Of a stretch of 64,000 bases of DNA, positions 1 through 11,921 are shown piece by piece. This DNA comes from an uncultured Armatimonadia bacterium (GTDB taxonomy: Bacteria > Armatimonadota > Zipacnadia > CAVVLO01). A program made the translations under genes and the position numbers. Within the stretch, counting starts at the first letter, position 1. Every line of letters starts with the position of its first letter. The notes under the pieces are model-generated. The model was not told where the DNA came from. It searched no databases and worked only from the letters and a program-made list of their open reading frames with translations. The DNA is taken from NCBI GenBank assembly GCA_963749155.1, contig CAVVLO010000001.1, positions 640,001 through 704,000 on the forward strand, written 5' to 3'.

Positions 1-837
1 CTGGGTTCCTGGGCTCAGGGAGTACTTGCTTCGGGCAGTGAAGGCAGTCGCTATGATTTGCTTAGTTATGCCTATCGAATCGCCGAGTTGCCTTTTGGCA
101 TCTTCGTAATCGCCATCTTTACCGTGCTCTTCCCTCAACTTGCCCGGAGCGCCGGCGAGAAGGACGTCGCCAAATTGAAGCATCAGGTAGGCAGCGCGAC
201 ACGTGTCAGCCTGTTCCTTATAATGCCTGCTGCGGCCTTGCTTGTCGCGCTGGCTGGCCCGGTTGTGCGTTTCCTGCTCCAGCATGGCGAATTTGGCCCT
301 GAGGAGGGCCGTATCACGGCTTTACTTGTACAATGCCTGGCTGGCTGGATGATTGCGAGATCTCTTCTTCAGCTTGCTCTGGCCGTCTACCTGGCTCTTG
401 AGGAAATCCTGGTGCTCTTCCTGGGGCAAGTGGCAGGGGTCGTATTGATTTTCTTTTTCGGCTACCTGATGCGTCCCTTCGGCTTGTGGGGGCTCGCGGT
501 GGGAGGCACCCTGGCTGGCGCGCTCGAGGTGGTGGGACTAGGCTTATGGCTGCGCCACAAGTATGGCACCTGGGGCATCCGCAGAGCGGTGACCTCCGGA
601 CTGATTTTCCTGGTACCTTCAGCTTTGCTCGGGGTTGCGGCTTTTATGACCCACGCTCTGCTTGCGAACCAGCTTGGCGCTGGACTGCGTGGCCAGGCGC
701 TTGCGCTTGTGGCTGCGACCCTCGTTGGGCTGTTAGTCTACCTTTTCTTTGCCTGGCTGATGCGGCTGCCAGAACTGAAACTCCTTGGCAGTTCGTTGCG
801 ACAGCGACTGGTGAAAAGTGAGGAGAGCGCTCAGTGA
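1..837 (+). CDS. murJ: MurJ/MviN lipid II-type flippase, 3' part (5' end outside window)
   Basis: LSYAYRIAELPFGIFVIAIFTVLFPQLA and LIMPAAALLVALAGPVVRFLLQHGEF match MviN-family motifs; multi-TM protein. Confidence 0.85.
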   Translation: MGSWAQGVLASGSEGSRYDLLSYAYRIAELPFGIFVIAIFTVLFPQLARSAGEKDVAKLKHQVGSATRVSLFLIMPAAALLVALAGPVVRFLLQHGEFGPEEGRITALLVQCLAGWMIARSLLQLALAVYLALEEILVLFLGQVAGVVLIFFFGYLMRPFGLWGLAVGGTLAGALEVVGLGLWLRHKYGTWGIRRAVTSGLIFLVPSALLGVAAFMTHALLANQLGAGLRGQALALVAATLVGLLVYLFFAWLMRLPELKLLGSSLRQRLVKSEESAQ

Positions 838-1916
838 AAGTCGCCCAACTCACTTACAGTTACTGGCCTATAACGGGCGGCGCCGACGTCTATGCCGAGT
901 TGCTGCGCAGGACGCTGGCTGCCCCCGAAGTCGAACAGACCCTCTACCAACGCTTTGTGGAGGACGCTCCCGGGGAGGTGCGTTGCTTCCCCGCCTGGAG
1001 CCGCAGGCCGCGCCGGTTCGAGTACTGGAGTTGCGCGCTTGCTGCTCGCTTCCTTGGACCTGAGCTACGCAGGTATGACCGAGTCATCGTCCATTATCCT
1101 GCCTATTTACCTGCCGTCGCCCATCACCCAGGAACGGTCTGCCTGTCTCACGGGATAGACTGGGATGACGCCCCGGGCAGCGCTCGAAGCCGCCTGAAGG
1201 CTCGATTTGCTCATCGCGCCTTCGCCCAGGCGCCAGTTTATGTTGCCAATGACACCCATTTCCTGCGGGAGATGGGCCTGGACATCCAACCTGCAACTCG
1301 CGAGTTTGAAGAGGTTGTCCCCGGTCGCTGGTATGTGCCCAACTGCGTAGATTGTGAGCACTTCACGCCAGGCCCTCCCTTGGCAGAACTGACTGGGCAA
1401 GAGTGGTTGTTACTGCCTCGCAACTTGTATCGCAATCGAGGCATCCATTTGGCCATCGCTGCCTTCAAGCTGATTGCTCCGCGTTATCCAGGCCTGCACC
1501 TGCTGGTGGCTGGCTCTCCCGGTCAGCCTGCCTATCTTGCTGAAGTGATGAATCAGGTACGCTCGCTGGGCCTTACTGGCCGCGTTTATTTTGTGGGAGG
1601 TGTGCCTGCCGACCAGATTGTTGACTATTATCGCTCTAGCCTGCTGACGCTAATCCCCTCGCTATGCGGGGAGGGCACTTCACTTGCAGCGCTGGAGAGT
1701 ATGGCAACCGGCTGCCCAGTTGTCGCAACGAAGGTAGCTGGCTTGCGTGACTTGCCTTGCCTGCTTTCCGAGCCTTCCGCCGAAGCGCTTGCCGCCAGTA
1801 TCGAGCAGGCGCTTACCGACCGAGATTCTTTTGCCACAGCTCAGCGCCAGGCGGTGCTGGAGCGCTTCAACCTGCCGCAATGGCAGGCTTTTTGGCGCGG
1901 GTTGGTGCTTGCCTGA
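834..1916 (+). CDS. GT4 (GT-B) glycosyltransferase
   Basis: VPNCVD and PSLCGEGTSLAALESMATGCPVVAT (EX7E motif); GTGA overlap with murJ. Confidence 0.9.
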   Translation: MKVAQLTYSYWPITGGADVYAELLRRTLAAPEVEQTLYQRFVEDAPGEVRCFPAWSRRPRRFEYWSCALAARFLGPELRRYDRVIVHYPAYLPAVAHHPGTVCLSHGIDWDDAPGSARSRLKARFAHRAFAQAPVYVANDTHFLREMGLDIQPATREFEEVVPGRWYVPNCVDCEHFTPGPPLAELTGQEWLLLPRNLYRNRGIHLAIAAFKLIAPRYPGLHLLVAGSPGQPAYLAEVMNQVRSLGLTGRVYFVGGVPADQIVDYYRSSLLTLIPSLCGEGTSLAALESMATGCPVVATKVAGLRDLPCLLSEPSAEALAASIEQALTDRDSFATAQRQAVLERFNLPQWQAFWRGLVLA

Positions 1917-2793
1917 TGGACACCCCGCGCTTGTCGGTCTGTCTTGTAAACTGGAATACTCGCGACCTGCTCGCCAGGTGTCTCGAGACCCTTGCCGAGT
2001 ATCCGCCCAACTGCTCCTACGAGGTGCTGGTTGTAGATAACGCCTCAGCCGATGGTAGCGCTTCACTTGTAGCAGAACAGATTTCCCGAGGCGCGTCTTT
2101 TCGCCAATGACGCCAATCTTGGTTATGCCGCCGGTAATAACCAGGCCCTCGGTGGCAGCTCGGGGCGAACTCCTTTTACTGTTGAATCCTGACATTGAGA
2201 TTCTTCCTGAAGCCTTGGCAAAGCTCGTGGACTTTATGGATGCGCATCCCCGCGCTGGCGCCTGCGCGCCCCAGCTTGTGAACCTCGATGGCTCTCCACA
2301 GCCTTCTTTCCGGCGGTTCCCAACCCCCAGTGCCGTACTTGCGGGGTTGCTGGAATCGGCAGGTTTCAATGTGAAGCGGCCCTACAAGTTTTTTGTTACG
2401 CCCGAGGCAGGTCCAGTCCAGGTAGAACAGCCAATGGCATCGGCGACCTTGCTGCGACGGGTTGCTCTTGATGAGGTGGGCTTATTCGATGAAGGATTCC
2501 CGCTCTTCTTCAATGATGTAGACTTGTGTCTGCGCCTTGTACAAGCGGGATGGGAGATCTGGGCGGTGCCAGCCTCGCAGCTCATCCACCACGGAGGCGC
2601 TTCAACTCGTCAGGTGCGGGTAGAAGCCGTGCGCGCCTCGCATCGCAGTCTGTTAAGATTCTACCGGAAGCATTATTATGGACGCGTTCCTGCACTTGCC
2701 TATTGGAGCGTAGTATTTGCCGCGCACCTCGGCGGAGGAATTCGGATATTGCTTGCCAGACTGTCCAACCGGAGGACTGGAAATGCTCGATAA
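1916..2793 (+). CDS. GT2 glycosyltransferase (WbbL-like), split by about two frameshifts near 2080-2160
   Basis: MDTPRLSVCLVNWNTRDLL...VVDNASADGS, then NLGYAAGNN in another frame, then LLLNPD...GLFDEGFPLFFNDVD; ATG at 1916 overlaps the upstream TGA. Confidence 0.85.
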
Positions 2794-2968
2794 AGACTTT
2801 CTCAATCTATTGGTTTGTCCCGCCTGCAAGGCTCCGCTGCTTCAGGATGGCGATAATCTGGTTTGCCAACGTGAAGATTGCGGTCTGCGGTATCCAGTAG
2901 AGGACGGGGTGCCTGTTTTGCTTGTCGACCGCGCCACCAAACCCGACGACAAGCCAAAGGAAGCCTGA
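2783..2968 (+). CDS. Trm112/YcaR-like small protein
   Basis: MLDKDFLNLLVCPACKAPL...C...YPVEDGVPVLL; SD GGAGG upstream of ATG 2783. Confidence 0.85.
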   Translation: MLDKDFLNLLVCPACKAPLLQDGDNLVCQREDCGLRYPVEDGVPVLLVDRATKPDDKPKEA

Positions 2969-2971
2969 CGA

Positions 2972-3856
2972 GTGGAGCTTTCAGTTTGTATCTTGACGTG
3001 GAATGCCCGCGAGTATCTCGAGGAGGCACTCGCTACGCTTGCCCCGGTTGTTGCCTCGGGCTTCTGTGAAGTTATTGTTATTGACAATAACTCGACTGAT
3101 GGCACTTCAGGTTACCTCACCCAGGAACACCCTGATATTCGTCTGATTACCAACAAGTCCAACCGAGGTTTCGCCGCGGGAAATAACCAGGGGCTGGAAG
3201 TAGCCAAGGGCCGTTACTTGATGATCCTGAATCCTGATACCCTTGTTCATCCTGAAGCCTTTGAGACTCTGGTCGCCTATCTGGATTCGCATCCCAAGGT
3301 CGGCATAGCAGGCCCCAAGCTGCTCAATAGAGACGGCAGCCTGCAATTTTCTTGCAGGCGATTTCCGAAGCCTCTTGCGGCCGCCTTTCGCAACACGCCT
3401 CTTGGCAGGCTGTTTCCCAACAGCCATCTGGTAAGAGATTATCTGATGCAGGATATGCCTCACGATGCCGATGGCGCTGTGGACTGGCTCTCGGGTGCAG
3501 CCATGATCTTCCGCCGCGACGTGTACGAGCTACTCGGCGGGCTTTCGGAAGACTATTTTATGTATCTAGAGGACGTGGATTTCTGCCTGCGCGCTCATCA
3601 AGCAGGATGGGAAGTACATTATGTTCCCGAGGCGGTCATTACTCATGTCATTGGAGGAAGCAGCAGCAAGAATCCCTTGCCAATGGTTATTGTCTTTCAC
3701 AAGAGTATGTATCGTTATTTCGTAAAGCATCAATCCCCTGGCTGGAAGGCGCTGCTCAGGCCTTTGGCTGCTAGTGCTCTCGCTGCCCGCGGGTTTACTG
3801 TTGCCGTAAAAGTCTGTTTCGATTTGCTGAAAGATCGGCTCAGAGGGAAGGCTTAG
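2972..3856 (+). CDS. GT2 glycosyltransferase (WbbL-like)
   Basis: IDNNSTDGT, NRGFAAGNN, ILNPD, DWLSGA, YFMYLEDVD. Confidence 0.9.
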   Translation: MELSVCILTWNAREYLEEALATLAPVVASGFCEVIVIDNNSTDGTSGYLTQEHPDIRLITNKSNRGFAAGNNQGLEVAKGRYLMILNPDTLVHPEAFETLVAYLDSHPKVGIAGPKLLNRDGSLQFSCRRFPKPLAAAFRNTPLGRLFPNSHLVRDYLMQDMPHDADGAVDWLSGAAMIFRRDVYELLGGLSEDYFMYLEDVDFCLRAHQAGWEVHYVPEAVITHVIGGSSSKNPLPMVIVFHKSMYRYFVKHQSPGWKALLRPLAASALAARGFTVAVKVCFDLLKDRLRGKA

Positions 3857-5969
3857 TGAAACGCAAACCAGTCCAGAATCAGCCCTCTTTGCCTGAACGC
3901 TGGGAAGCTTCACTCCCCTGGATTGTAGCTTTGATGCTCGCCCTCGCGCCTCTGTTGCTCGGTCGTCTCTCGCCCATACCTGCGCTTGCTGCTTGCTCTC
4001 TGCTTTCGTTGCTCGTGCTTGTTGATCTCCTGCTTGTGGGCAAGAAAGCCTCAGGGCCTTGGCAGGCCAGCCTTCCTTGCTTTGGGCTGCTTCCTGCTAC
4101 TTAACTGGCTCTCTCTCCTAACCAGTGTAGACTTCACCGTATCACTTGCGGCTGTGCTCCAGCTTACTGCCGGGGCGCTTGCGGTCTGGCTTGTCCTGCG
4201 AGCCGCCCCACAACCTTCAACCTGGTCTTTCGCAATCTACGGCCTTGTTATTGGGGCTTCTCTGGTAGCTCTGTGGGGACTCAAAGAGTACGTAATCACC
4301 CTCCAATCAGGCACTTTCACCAGTTGGCGGACTTTCTCGACTTTCGATAATCCCAATCTCCTGGCAGGTTTCCTTGCAGTTAGCCTTCTGCTTACCTGTG
4401 CACTTGGCTTGAACGCGCTGCGTCAGAAATCCTGGCCTGGAATCCTGTTACTTGGCCTGACCGCCCTTCTGCAGCTCGCAATCCTGGGCACAACCGCCTC
4501 ACGTGGAGGGGCACTCGCTTTGCTGGCTGGCCTGGTGGCCTTCAGTTTTGCCCTGAGCTGGGGCAGGCCTGCAGCCAAACGCCTGGCACTTGGCTGTCTG
4601 ATAGCAATTGTTTTGCTTTCTTCTTTGATACTTGTGCCGCCAGTGAAAGCCAAAGTAAGCGCTGCCTTCACAGGCCGTGCGTCTTCGACGATATTCCGGG
4701 CCTATACCTGGGCAGGCACGGCAAGAATTGTTGCTGCCAGGCCACTGCTTGGTTTTGGCCCTGGCACTTTCCCTATCACTTTTGCCCAATACAAACTTGC
4801 CGCTTACACCCGGATGGCACATCAGGATTATCTTCAGTTCGCGGCCCAGGCTGGCCTTCCGGCAGGGCTCGCTTTCTTGGTCTTTATCGTCCTTGCTCTT
4901 CGAGCCAGTTTCCCAAAAACTGATGACGAAAATCCTCGGCGCTTGCTGCAAGCTGCAGTCTTTGGCGCTTTGGTTGCCCTTGCCGCCCATGCACTCGTCG
5001 ACTATGACCTGCAGGTGCTCTGTGGATTCCTTATTTGCTGCGCCCTTGCCAGTCTGGCACTTGGCCCCTCCTCAGGCGCAGTATCTGGCAAAATGAAAAC
5101 TCCCAGCCGCATCGTGCTTGGCGCCGGACTGCTGGCACTGCTTGGGGTCTCATATATGCAGCTTGTTGTCGAACAGGAACTCCAGCTTGGATTACTGGCT
5201 GTTGCGGAAGGCAATAACCGAGAAGCCGAAGTCCATTATGCCAGGGCTGCCAAAGCTAGTTTTCATAATGCCGAGGCAGAACTTGGCCTTGGTGAGGCGC
5301 TTGTCGGCCAGGCGGTCGCGTCCGGCAACGAGTCAACTTTTAACAGAGCCGAGGGTCCTTTCCAGAAAGCTGCCCAATACTCACCTCAGAATCCGAAATA
5401 CGCCTTCCGTCAGGCGCGCTATTTTCTTATGAAGCGGGATGCTGAGCGCGCCCTGGAAGCCCTGACCAGGACTCTGGAGCTTGATCCCCATTACATCAAA
5501 GCCTATCTGGTTAAGGCTCAGGTGCTCAGGCAACTTGGCCGTGAATCCGAGGCAACGGCTCTCTGGCAACAGGTACTCGCTCTCGAACAGACTGCTTTCG
5601 GCACCATCCGCCCCCTTGAGTTTGGTAAAGAGACAGGTTATGCCAGTGCAGCCTATTTCCTTAGGCCGGCAGGCGCTCGCGGCTGGTAATCTGGCCGAAG
5701 CTCGCAGCTTGCTTGCGCGAGGTCAGTCCGTTGTAGCAGATAACCGGTCAATGCCAAAACATATTCTTGAGTCACTCGAGTTTGCTGGCAACTGGACCGA
5801 GGCTGACAGTCGCCAGCTCACGGCAATAGAAGGCTTGCTTGCCCTTTTGGAATCTGATCTGCTTCAGGCTGAGGGCAGGCAGGGCCAGGCTGTTCTAAAG
5901 AGAAAGAAGGGAGAAGAGCTACTTGCCTTACTCGGTGTGAATCTCGAGGAGGCTGAGCGGTTGCTCTAG
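3856..5969 (+). CDS. O-antigen ligase (Wzy_C) family membrane protein with C-terminal TPRs; frameshifts near 4065 and 5665
   Basis: [46 protein letters not shown]-like helices in the C-terminal part. Confidence 0.8.
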
Positions 5970-5986
5970 GTCACAGGAGGTGCCTT

Positions 5987-6433
5987 ATGGCGCGTCTGCT
6001 TGTTCTGAATGGTCCCAATCTCAACCTGCTTGGTGAGCGCGAACCTGGTGTCTACGGCACGGTTACCCTTGCCACGATTGAAGCTGAAGTAGCGGCGCTT
6101 GCTGCTGAACTCGGTCATACCGCGCGCTTCTTCCAGAGCAACCACGAGGGCGAACTTGTCGAGGCGTTGCACGATGCTCGGACCGATGCAGATGCCGTCA
6201 TCTTTAATCCTGGTGCTTTCACACACTACAGCTATGCGCTTCGTGATGCCGTCGCCGCGTTGTCGATCCCGGTTATCGAGGTTCACCTGTCCAATGTTCA
6301 CGCGCGCGAGGCCTTCCGACGTCATTCGGTCATCGCCCCCGTCGCAGCCGGCCAACTGGCTGGTTTCGGTTCTGCCAGCTATCTGCTTGGGGTACGCGCA
6401 GCCGATTATATTATAGGTAAAACCAATGAATAG
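5987..6433 (+). CDS. aroQ: Type II 3-dehydroquinate dehydratase
   Basis: [44 protein letters not shown]. Confidence 0.97.
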   Translation: MARLLVLNGPNLNLLGEREPGVYGTVTLATIEAEVAALAAELGHTARFFQSNHEGELVEALHDARTDADAVIFNPGAFTHYSYALRDAVAALSIPVIEVHLSNVHAREAFRRHSVIAPVAAGQLAGFGSASYLLGVRAADYIIGKTNE

Positions 6434-7535
6434 TCCGGACCGCCTCGCCCTGGTGCGCAGCGAGATGGCCAAAGCCGGCGTAAAAGGGCTTCTTGTGAGC
6501 GATTGGGCCAGCATCTTCTACCTTTCAGGTTTCGATGGTGATACAGGCTGGTTACTGATTGGGCCGGATTCACAGTTCATACTCTCTGATTCCCGCTTCA
6601 CAGTTCAGGCCAGCGAGCAAGCCGAAGGCTTCGAGTATGTTGACACTACAAGTAAGGTCTGGGATATCCTGGCGATGACTGCCAAGGAATCAGGCTTGCT
6701 CCCGCTTGGGATAGACCCGCGTAAAACTACCCTGGCTGAACAAGGCTGGCTGCGCCACAAGCTGCGGAAGAAGGATCTGAAACCTGCAGAAGGTCTTGCG
6801 GAGCTTGGTCGAGGCATAAAAGATGCCGATGAGCTGGCTCTCATACGCAAAGCTGCAAAACTCGCTGACGAGGCACTATTGAAGATTCTGAAGGCGTCTC
6901 TCGAGGGGCTTACCGAAGCCCAACTCGCCGCCTTATTTGAATATGAGGTACGTATGGCAGGCGCTGACAAGACCGCCTTCCCCTCCATCATCGCAGGGGG
7001 TGCAAACGCCGCCAAACCTCATGCCAATTGCGAAGCCTGCGTGCCGCGGAGAGGAGAGGTATTGCTCTTCGACCTGGGCGCAAGCTTCCATCACTACGCG
7101 AGCGACACCACGCGAACTTATTCAGTAGGCAAGCCCAGGGGCAGGATGATCGATGTATATGCTGCTGTCTGGGAGGCCCAGCGCGCCGCTGTAGAAGCTG
7201 TCGGCCCGGACGTTCCCTGGAAGCAGGTTGACGCGGCAGCTCGTGACATCTTAAGGCGCACTGGCTGGAATGACTATTTCCGCCACGGTATCGGTCACTC
7301 GGTCGGTATAGGTGTGCATGATCCGAGCCCCAGACGGCGAAGTGATGATACAGAGCTCATCCTGGCCCCTGGTATGGTTATGACGGTTGAGCCAGGAGTT
7401 TACCTTGAGGGCGAGGGCGGCGTTCGCATCGAAGACCTGGTGCTTGTAACTGACTCAGGCTGCGAGGTATTGACTGCTGGTCCAAATCCCGAGCGCCTAA
7501 CCTCCATCGAGGAAGTGCTGGCAGGTGCAGACTAA
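6426..7535 (+). CDS. Xaa-Pro aminopeptidase (M24B)
   Basis: Creatinase-like N-terminus; [37 protein letters not shown]. Confidence 0.93.
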   Translation: MNSPDRLALVRSEMAKAGVKGLLVSDWASIFYLSGFDGDTGWLLIGPDSQFILSDSRFTVQASEQAEGFEYVDTTSKVWDILAMTAKESGLLPLGIDPRKTTLAEQGWLRHKLRKKDLKPAEGLAELGRGIKDADELALIRKAAKLADEALLKILKASLEGLTEAQLAALFEYEVRMAGADKTAFPSIIAGGANAAKPHANCEACVPRRGEVLLFDLGASFHHYASDTTRTYSVGKPRGRMIDVYAAVWEAQRAAVEAVGPDVPWKQVDAAARDILRRTGWNDYFRHGIGHSVGIGVHDPSPRRRSDDTELILAPGMVMTVEPGVYLEGEGGVRIEDLVLVTDSGCEVLTAGPNPERLTSIEEVLAGAD

Positions 7536-8655
7536 GACAGAGATCCCAATCACTGAACTTGTGGCAGCGCTTGCTGTCGAGACCAGGGATTTTGACCGAC
7601 GCCGCCAGGCTCAGGCTGCTGTCTGGAAAGGAGAGCAGGTCGAGTATCTCCCTCTGCTTATCGGTGGAGGCGCGGTGCCAGAAGCGGCTGGGGTCCCGCG
7701 ATATAACCTGGAGCAACAGTGGTATTCGCCTGAACTGATGCTGCGCGAAGGCCTTTATGGGATGTTATCGGTTGCGCGCAGTGGTAGCGAAGCCGTGCCT
7801 TCGATACGGCCCAACCTCGGGGTGGGTACCCTTGCCACGGTATTCGGCGTCCATCAATCGGTCTTTCCCGACAAGATGCCCTGGGTAACCCGCCACCTTA
7901 CCTTTGATGAGATCGAAGCTTTTGAACCTGGAGATATCTCTTCTAAGGGGATCCTTCCTCGTGCCCTCGATTATCTGGCCTGGTTCCGCGAGCAACTGGG
8001 CGATGCCGGCAATGTCTATCTTGCTGACACTCAGGCGCCTTTCGATATCGCCCACCTCGTGGCAGGTGACCGGATCTTCACGGATATTTTTGACCAGCCA
8101 GCTCATGTCCACAAGCTGATGCGCGACTGCACTGCTGTATACATCGAAGCCACCAAGCTAATGAAACAGGCGGCAGGTGAGGACGCCACCGCTCATCATC
8201 ACAGCAATACTCTCTATTCACCTGTATGTGGCGCGCGCGCCTGCGAAGATACCAGCCTGCTTCTCTCGCCACCACTCTTCGCCGAGTTCTCTCTGCCTTA
8301 TCTTACCGAGGCTATAGAACCCTTTGGCGCCTGGGTTCACTGGTGTGGAGATGCCAAACACGTTATGCGTGACTGGATAAGTATGGACAAGTCTTTCTGT
8401 ATAAACTTTGGCAACCCTGAAAGTTATGATTGGGCCGAGATTATGCAGTTGTGCCGTCAGGCCAATACTCTGGTCTTTGGTGGCCCCCCTCGGGAGCCAG
8501 GAGAGACCTTGCAGAATTACCACCGGCGGGTGCTTGCATATCTGGCGGGTGAACAACGCCTGTTGCTTTTCTATCCCTGTGGCTGGAGCGCGGGCGAGAG
8601 CTGCACCGAGCAACTGGACTGCTGGCACGCTGCCCAGGACGAAGTCTTCCACTAG
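7525..8655 (+). CDS. Uroporphyrinogen decarboxylase/MtaA-CmuA family protein
   Basis: DTQAPFDIA, EDTSLLLSP..FAEFSLPY, HWCG motif. Confidence 0.7.
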   Translation: MQTKTEIPITELVAALAVETRDFDRRRQAQAAVWKGEQVEYLPLLIGGGAVPEAAGVPRYNLEQQWYSPELMLREGLYGMLSVARSGSEAVPSIRPNLGVGTLATVFGVHQSVFPDKMPWVTRHLTFDEIEAFEPGDISSKGILPRALDYLAWFREQLGDAGNVYLADTQAPFDIAHLVAGDRIFTDIFDQPAHVHKLMRDCTAVYIEATKLMKQAAGEDATAHHHSNTLYSPVCGARACEDTSLLLSPPLFAEFSLPYLTEAIEPFGAWVHWCGDAKHVMRDWISMDKSFCINFGNPESYDWAEIMQLCRQANTLVFGGPPREPGETLQNYHRRVLAYLAGEQRLLLFYPCGWSAGESCTEQLDCWHAAQDEVFH

Positions 8656-8680
8656 GATCTATTGAAGGAGCCAAGGCCTT

Positions 8681-11600
8681 ATGAAGAGGGGACGCCTTAT
8701 GTACTTGCTAGCAATCATACTGCTGTTGCTGCTTCTGGCTGCTTGTTGTTCGGCAGGCATCCAGACCAGCGGAAATCAGCTCACGATTACTACTGAAGTC
8801 TACGAGGCCCGGTTCATCGGCCCTGCGATCACCTATTTCCGAGATATACGCACTGGCGAGGTGCTGCTGGACGACCCTGAACCGGCCGCACCACTTGTGC
8901 GTTTCATTGCGGGCAACAATCCAGTTACTGTGACTGGCCCCGCCCCTTCCGAATACGCGGTTGTGCAATCCTCTGACACGCAGGTTGTGCTGGAGGCTTC
9001 AGTTGACAACGATGCCTGTCAGGTACAGTTGCGTTTCACCCTTGCAAGCGCTCCCGGATGAGCTTGTTATCCAGGCCACTGCTCACTCAGAGACCGGTTA
9101 TGAAGGTCTTGCGACGGTAAGCGTGCCCGGTGGCAAGCCAGCCGCCCAGACCAGGCTCCTTGTCCCCTTTATGGGGGGCGTCGCTTTTGAAGCCACCAGG
9201 CCGACCACGCAGCTTATTATTGAATGGCCTATCTCCTGGGAAGCCGGGATGATGCAGGTTGATGGTGAGCAAGGTGGACTTCTAATCGCGTGTTATGATG
9301 ATGATTTTTCCAGTTTCAAGAACCTCGAGCTGCGTCCGGGTGACAAGTGCTGGAAGCTCTTCTTCGAGACCGAAAACGCTGCTCCGTTCGAGGGAAAGCG
9401 CGATGTCGCAGGCCTTAAGTGGCATTTCCGCCCCTATCAGGGAGACTGGCGGGTTGGCGCGAGGCATTACCGCGAATGGCTCTGGAGGACCACCAAGCCC
9501 GAAATTGCTGAAGATGCCTCCTGGACCCGGGAGGTCCGCGCCGAGTTCCATACAGGGATGGACCTTGAGACTCTGGACAATCTGATTGCGGCTGGGGTGG
9601 ACCCGGCTCAGACCTTGCTGTATGTCGCTTCCTGGCGTACCAACGGATATGACCGTAATTATCCCGACTACACCCCTGACCCTGCTGCTTGCTCCTTTCG
9701 TTGCGCGCGCTCACGAGCTTGGCTTCAAGGTGATGCTGCACGTCAATTATTTCGGTGTAGATCCCCTGATGCCTGATTACACTGATTTCCAGGCGCAGCA
9801 ATTCCGCCACAAATATAACGGAGAACTCCAATGGTGGCTCTGGGAGCGCGCCGATCCTGTCATCAAGTTTGCCTATATAAATCCAGCAAGTACCAAATGG
9901 CGCGATTTCTTCACCCAGAAGATGACTGATCTTGTCAAGCAGACTGGCGTAGATGCCCTTCACCTCGACCAGACCTTGTGTATTTTCAACGATAAAAATG
10001 GTCTCTATGAAGGCCAGAACAGCGCGCAGGGCAGTCTCCTGCTGCACAAGCAATTGAAAGAAGCAATGCCCGAGGTAGCCATAAGTGGTGAGGGACTTGA
10101 CGAGGTTACCTTCGTGCATGAGGCCTTCGCGCAGCGGCATGTTTATGGGATAGACCACTCCTACGGGCGCTTTGATCCCGAGCAAGTACGCCTGGCTCAT
10201 CCTGTCTGCGCCTTTCTTTTCAACGAGCGCACTCAGCCTTATCAGTACCTGGGCACTACCAATCCAACCAGCGATCAGCTTTATATGGCCTGGCGTGACG
10301 CCTATACCAATTGGGGTGTCATACCTGGCATCTCCTGGCCCTCGAAAACGCAGCTCCTGAGTCCAGTTGGCACTTCTCGGCAGGCAATGGAAGAGGTTTT
10401 GATGTTCCAGCGTAACCGCTTGACCGCTGATATGGATGGCCCCTGGCCTGAGCGAATCCGGTTTCCCTATCGCACTGCTGATGGGGATCGGATGGCTTAC
10501 GTGACCGACCGGGGCTGGACTTTGAACCACCTGAACGGTGACGGAACAATTGGGGAAGAATTGCTTAGAACAATAACTGGACAAAAAACTATTGAGTTAC
10601 CGGGTAGTATCGAAGGCTGGTTTTGCTATGACTCGGCGAGACTTCTGGGATTGCAGCCTGATATCTACTATGTCTATGACAAGAATCCACGCAGCCTAAG
10701 CGTCTTTCATATGGTGCCGCTGGATGAAGACGCCGGGCTTGACGGTTATTCTGACCAGGGCGGTTTGCTTATGGTGCGCAGTCGAGTGAAGCCCGCCTAT
10801 AACCTGATCCAGTTGCTCCCCTCGGCTGAGATGTATATCTACCGGCGCGATGGAACTCGTCAGCCTTTCGACTGGGAATCCGCAGCCAACTCCGGTGCGG
10901 GATTGCAAGGGCAAGGCGTCGAGTTGTTCATCCATCCTCCCTATAAGGAAGCCTGGCCCGATCCGATGCCCACCGGGCAGGCTGGACTGACCTGTTTCTC
11001 GTATGAGCTTGACCTGCCTGCCGATTCGCAGCCCCGGTTTGAGTCCACAGTCCACCTGCGCGGAGGAGCTGAAGAAAAGAGTGATGGTATTCTTTTTACT
11101 GTTACCGCTACCGCAGGAGGCAAGGCTCTTACCAACCAGTTACTGGCTGACAGCGTCGAAGCTCAGCCCTTCAACCTGGACCTGACCGAGTTCGAAGGCC
11201 AGAAGGTCAAGCTGGAGATTACCGCTTCAGCTGGTCCTGCGGGTGATGCGTCCTTCGACTGGGGACTAATGGGCACCCCTCAAGTTATATTCGGAGAAGG
11301 TCCAATCCAGCAGTGGAAGGTGACCTTGCCCGCTAATCTGCGTTATCTGGTAGCGCCTGAATATCGCCAACTGACAGGCTCCGCTAGCGAGGAAGTAATC
11401 GAACTACGCGCAGGCGCAGCTCTTATGGCTACCGAACAACCGCCTCAGCCCCTTTCGGCAAGCGCCAACCTGCTCGAACTAACAGGGATCGATCAACTGC
11501 AAGCCGAAGGCGGGCGTCTTACGACGGGCGATACTCCTGGGCCAGGTATCGAGCTTTGTACCGTCGATGGGGTTAGCAGGCCTGCCTTCTTCGCCCATCC

Positions 11601-11913
11601 ACCCGACAAGGGCTCGCGCCTGAAGCATTTCATACTTGACCTTTCCGCCGCCAGCAGAGCGACTTTGTCAGGCTATGTCGGAATGCGAGATGGCTCCGAA
11701 AAATCAGAAGGGGTCCGCTTCGAGGTGCTGGCCAACGGAAACCGGGTTTGGAGTCAGGCAGTGCGACCTGGTTTTGGATGGGTGCCCTTCGAGGTTGACC
11801 TCACTGATTTTGTTTCTACGCCTGTTGTGCTAACCTTGCTCACGAATAGCGAGGGCAGTTATTACTATGACTGGGCAGCCTGGGGAGAGCCGACACTTAC
11901 GCTCACCCGCTGA
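8681..11913 (+). CDS. Large secreted glycoside hydrolase-like protein (DUF6259-like core) with two C-terminal NPCBM-like modules; frameshifts near 9045 and 9690
   Basis: Signal peptide; WRTNGYDRNYPDY, HELGFKVMLHVN, DALHLDQ, ISGEGLDE; duplicated HPP...S(D/E)G..F...DW..G.P modules. Confidence 0.6.
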
Positions 11914-11921
11914 GAAAACTA

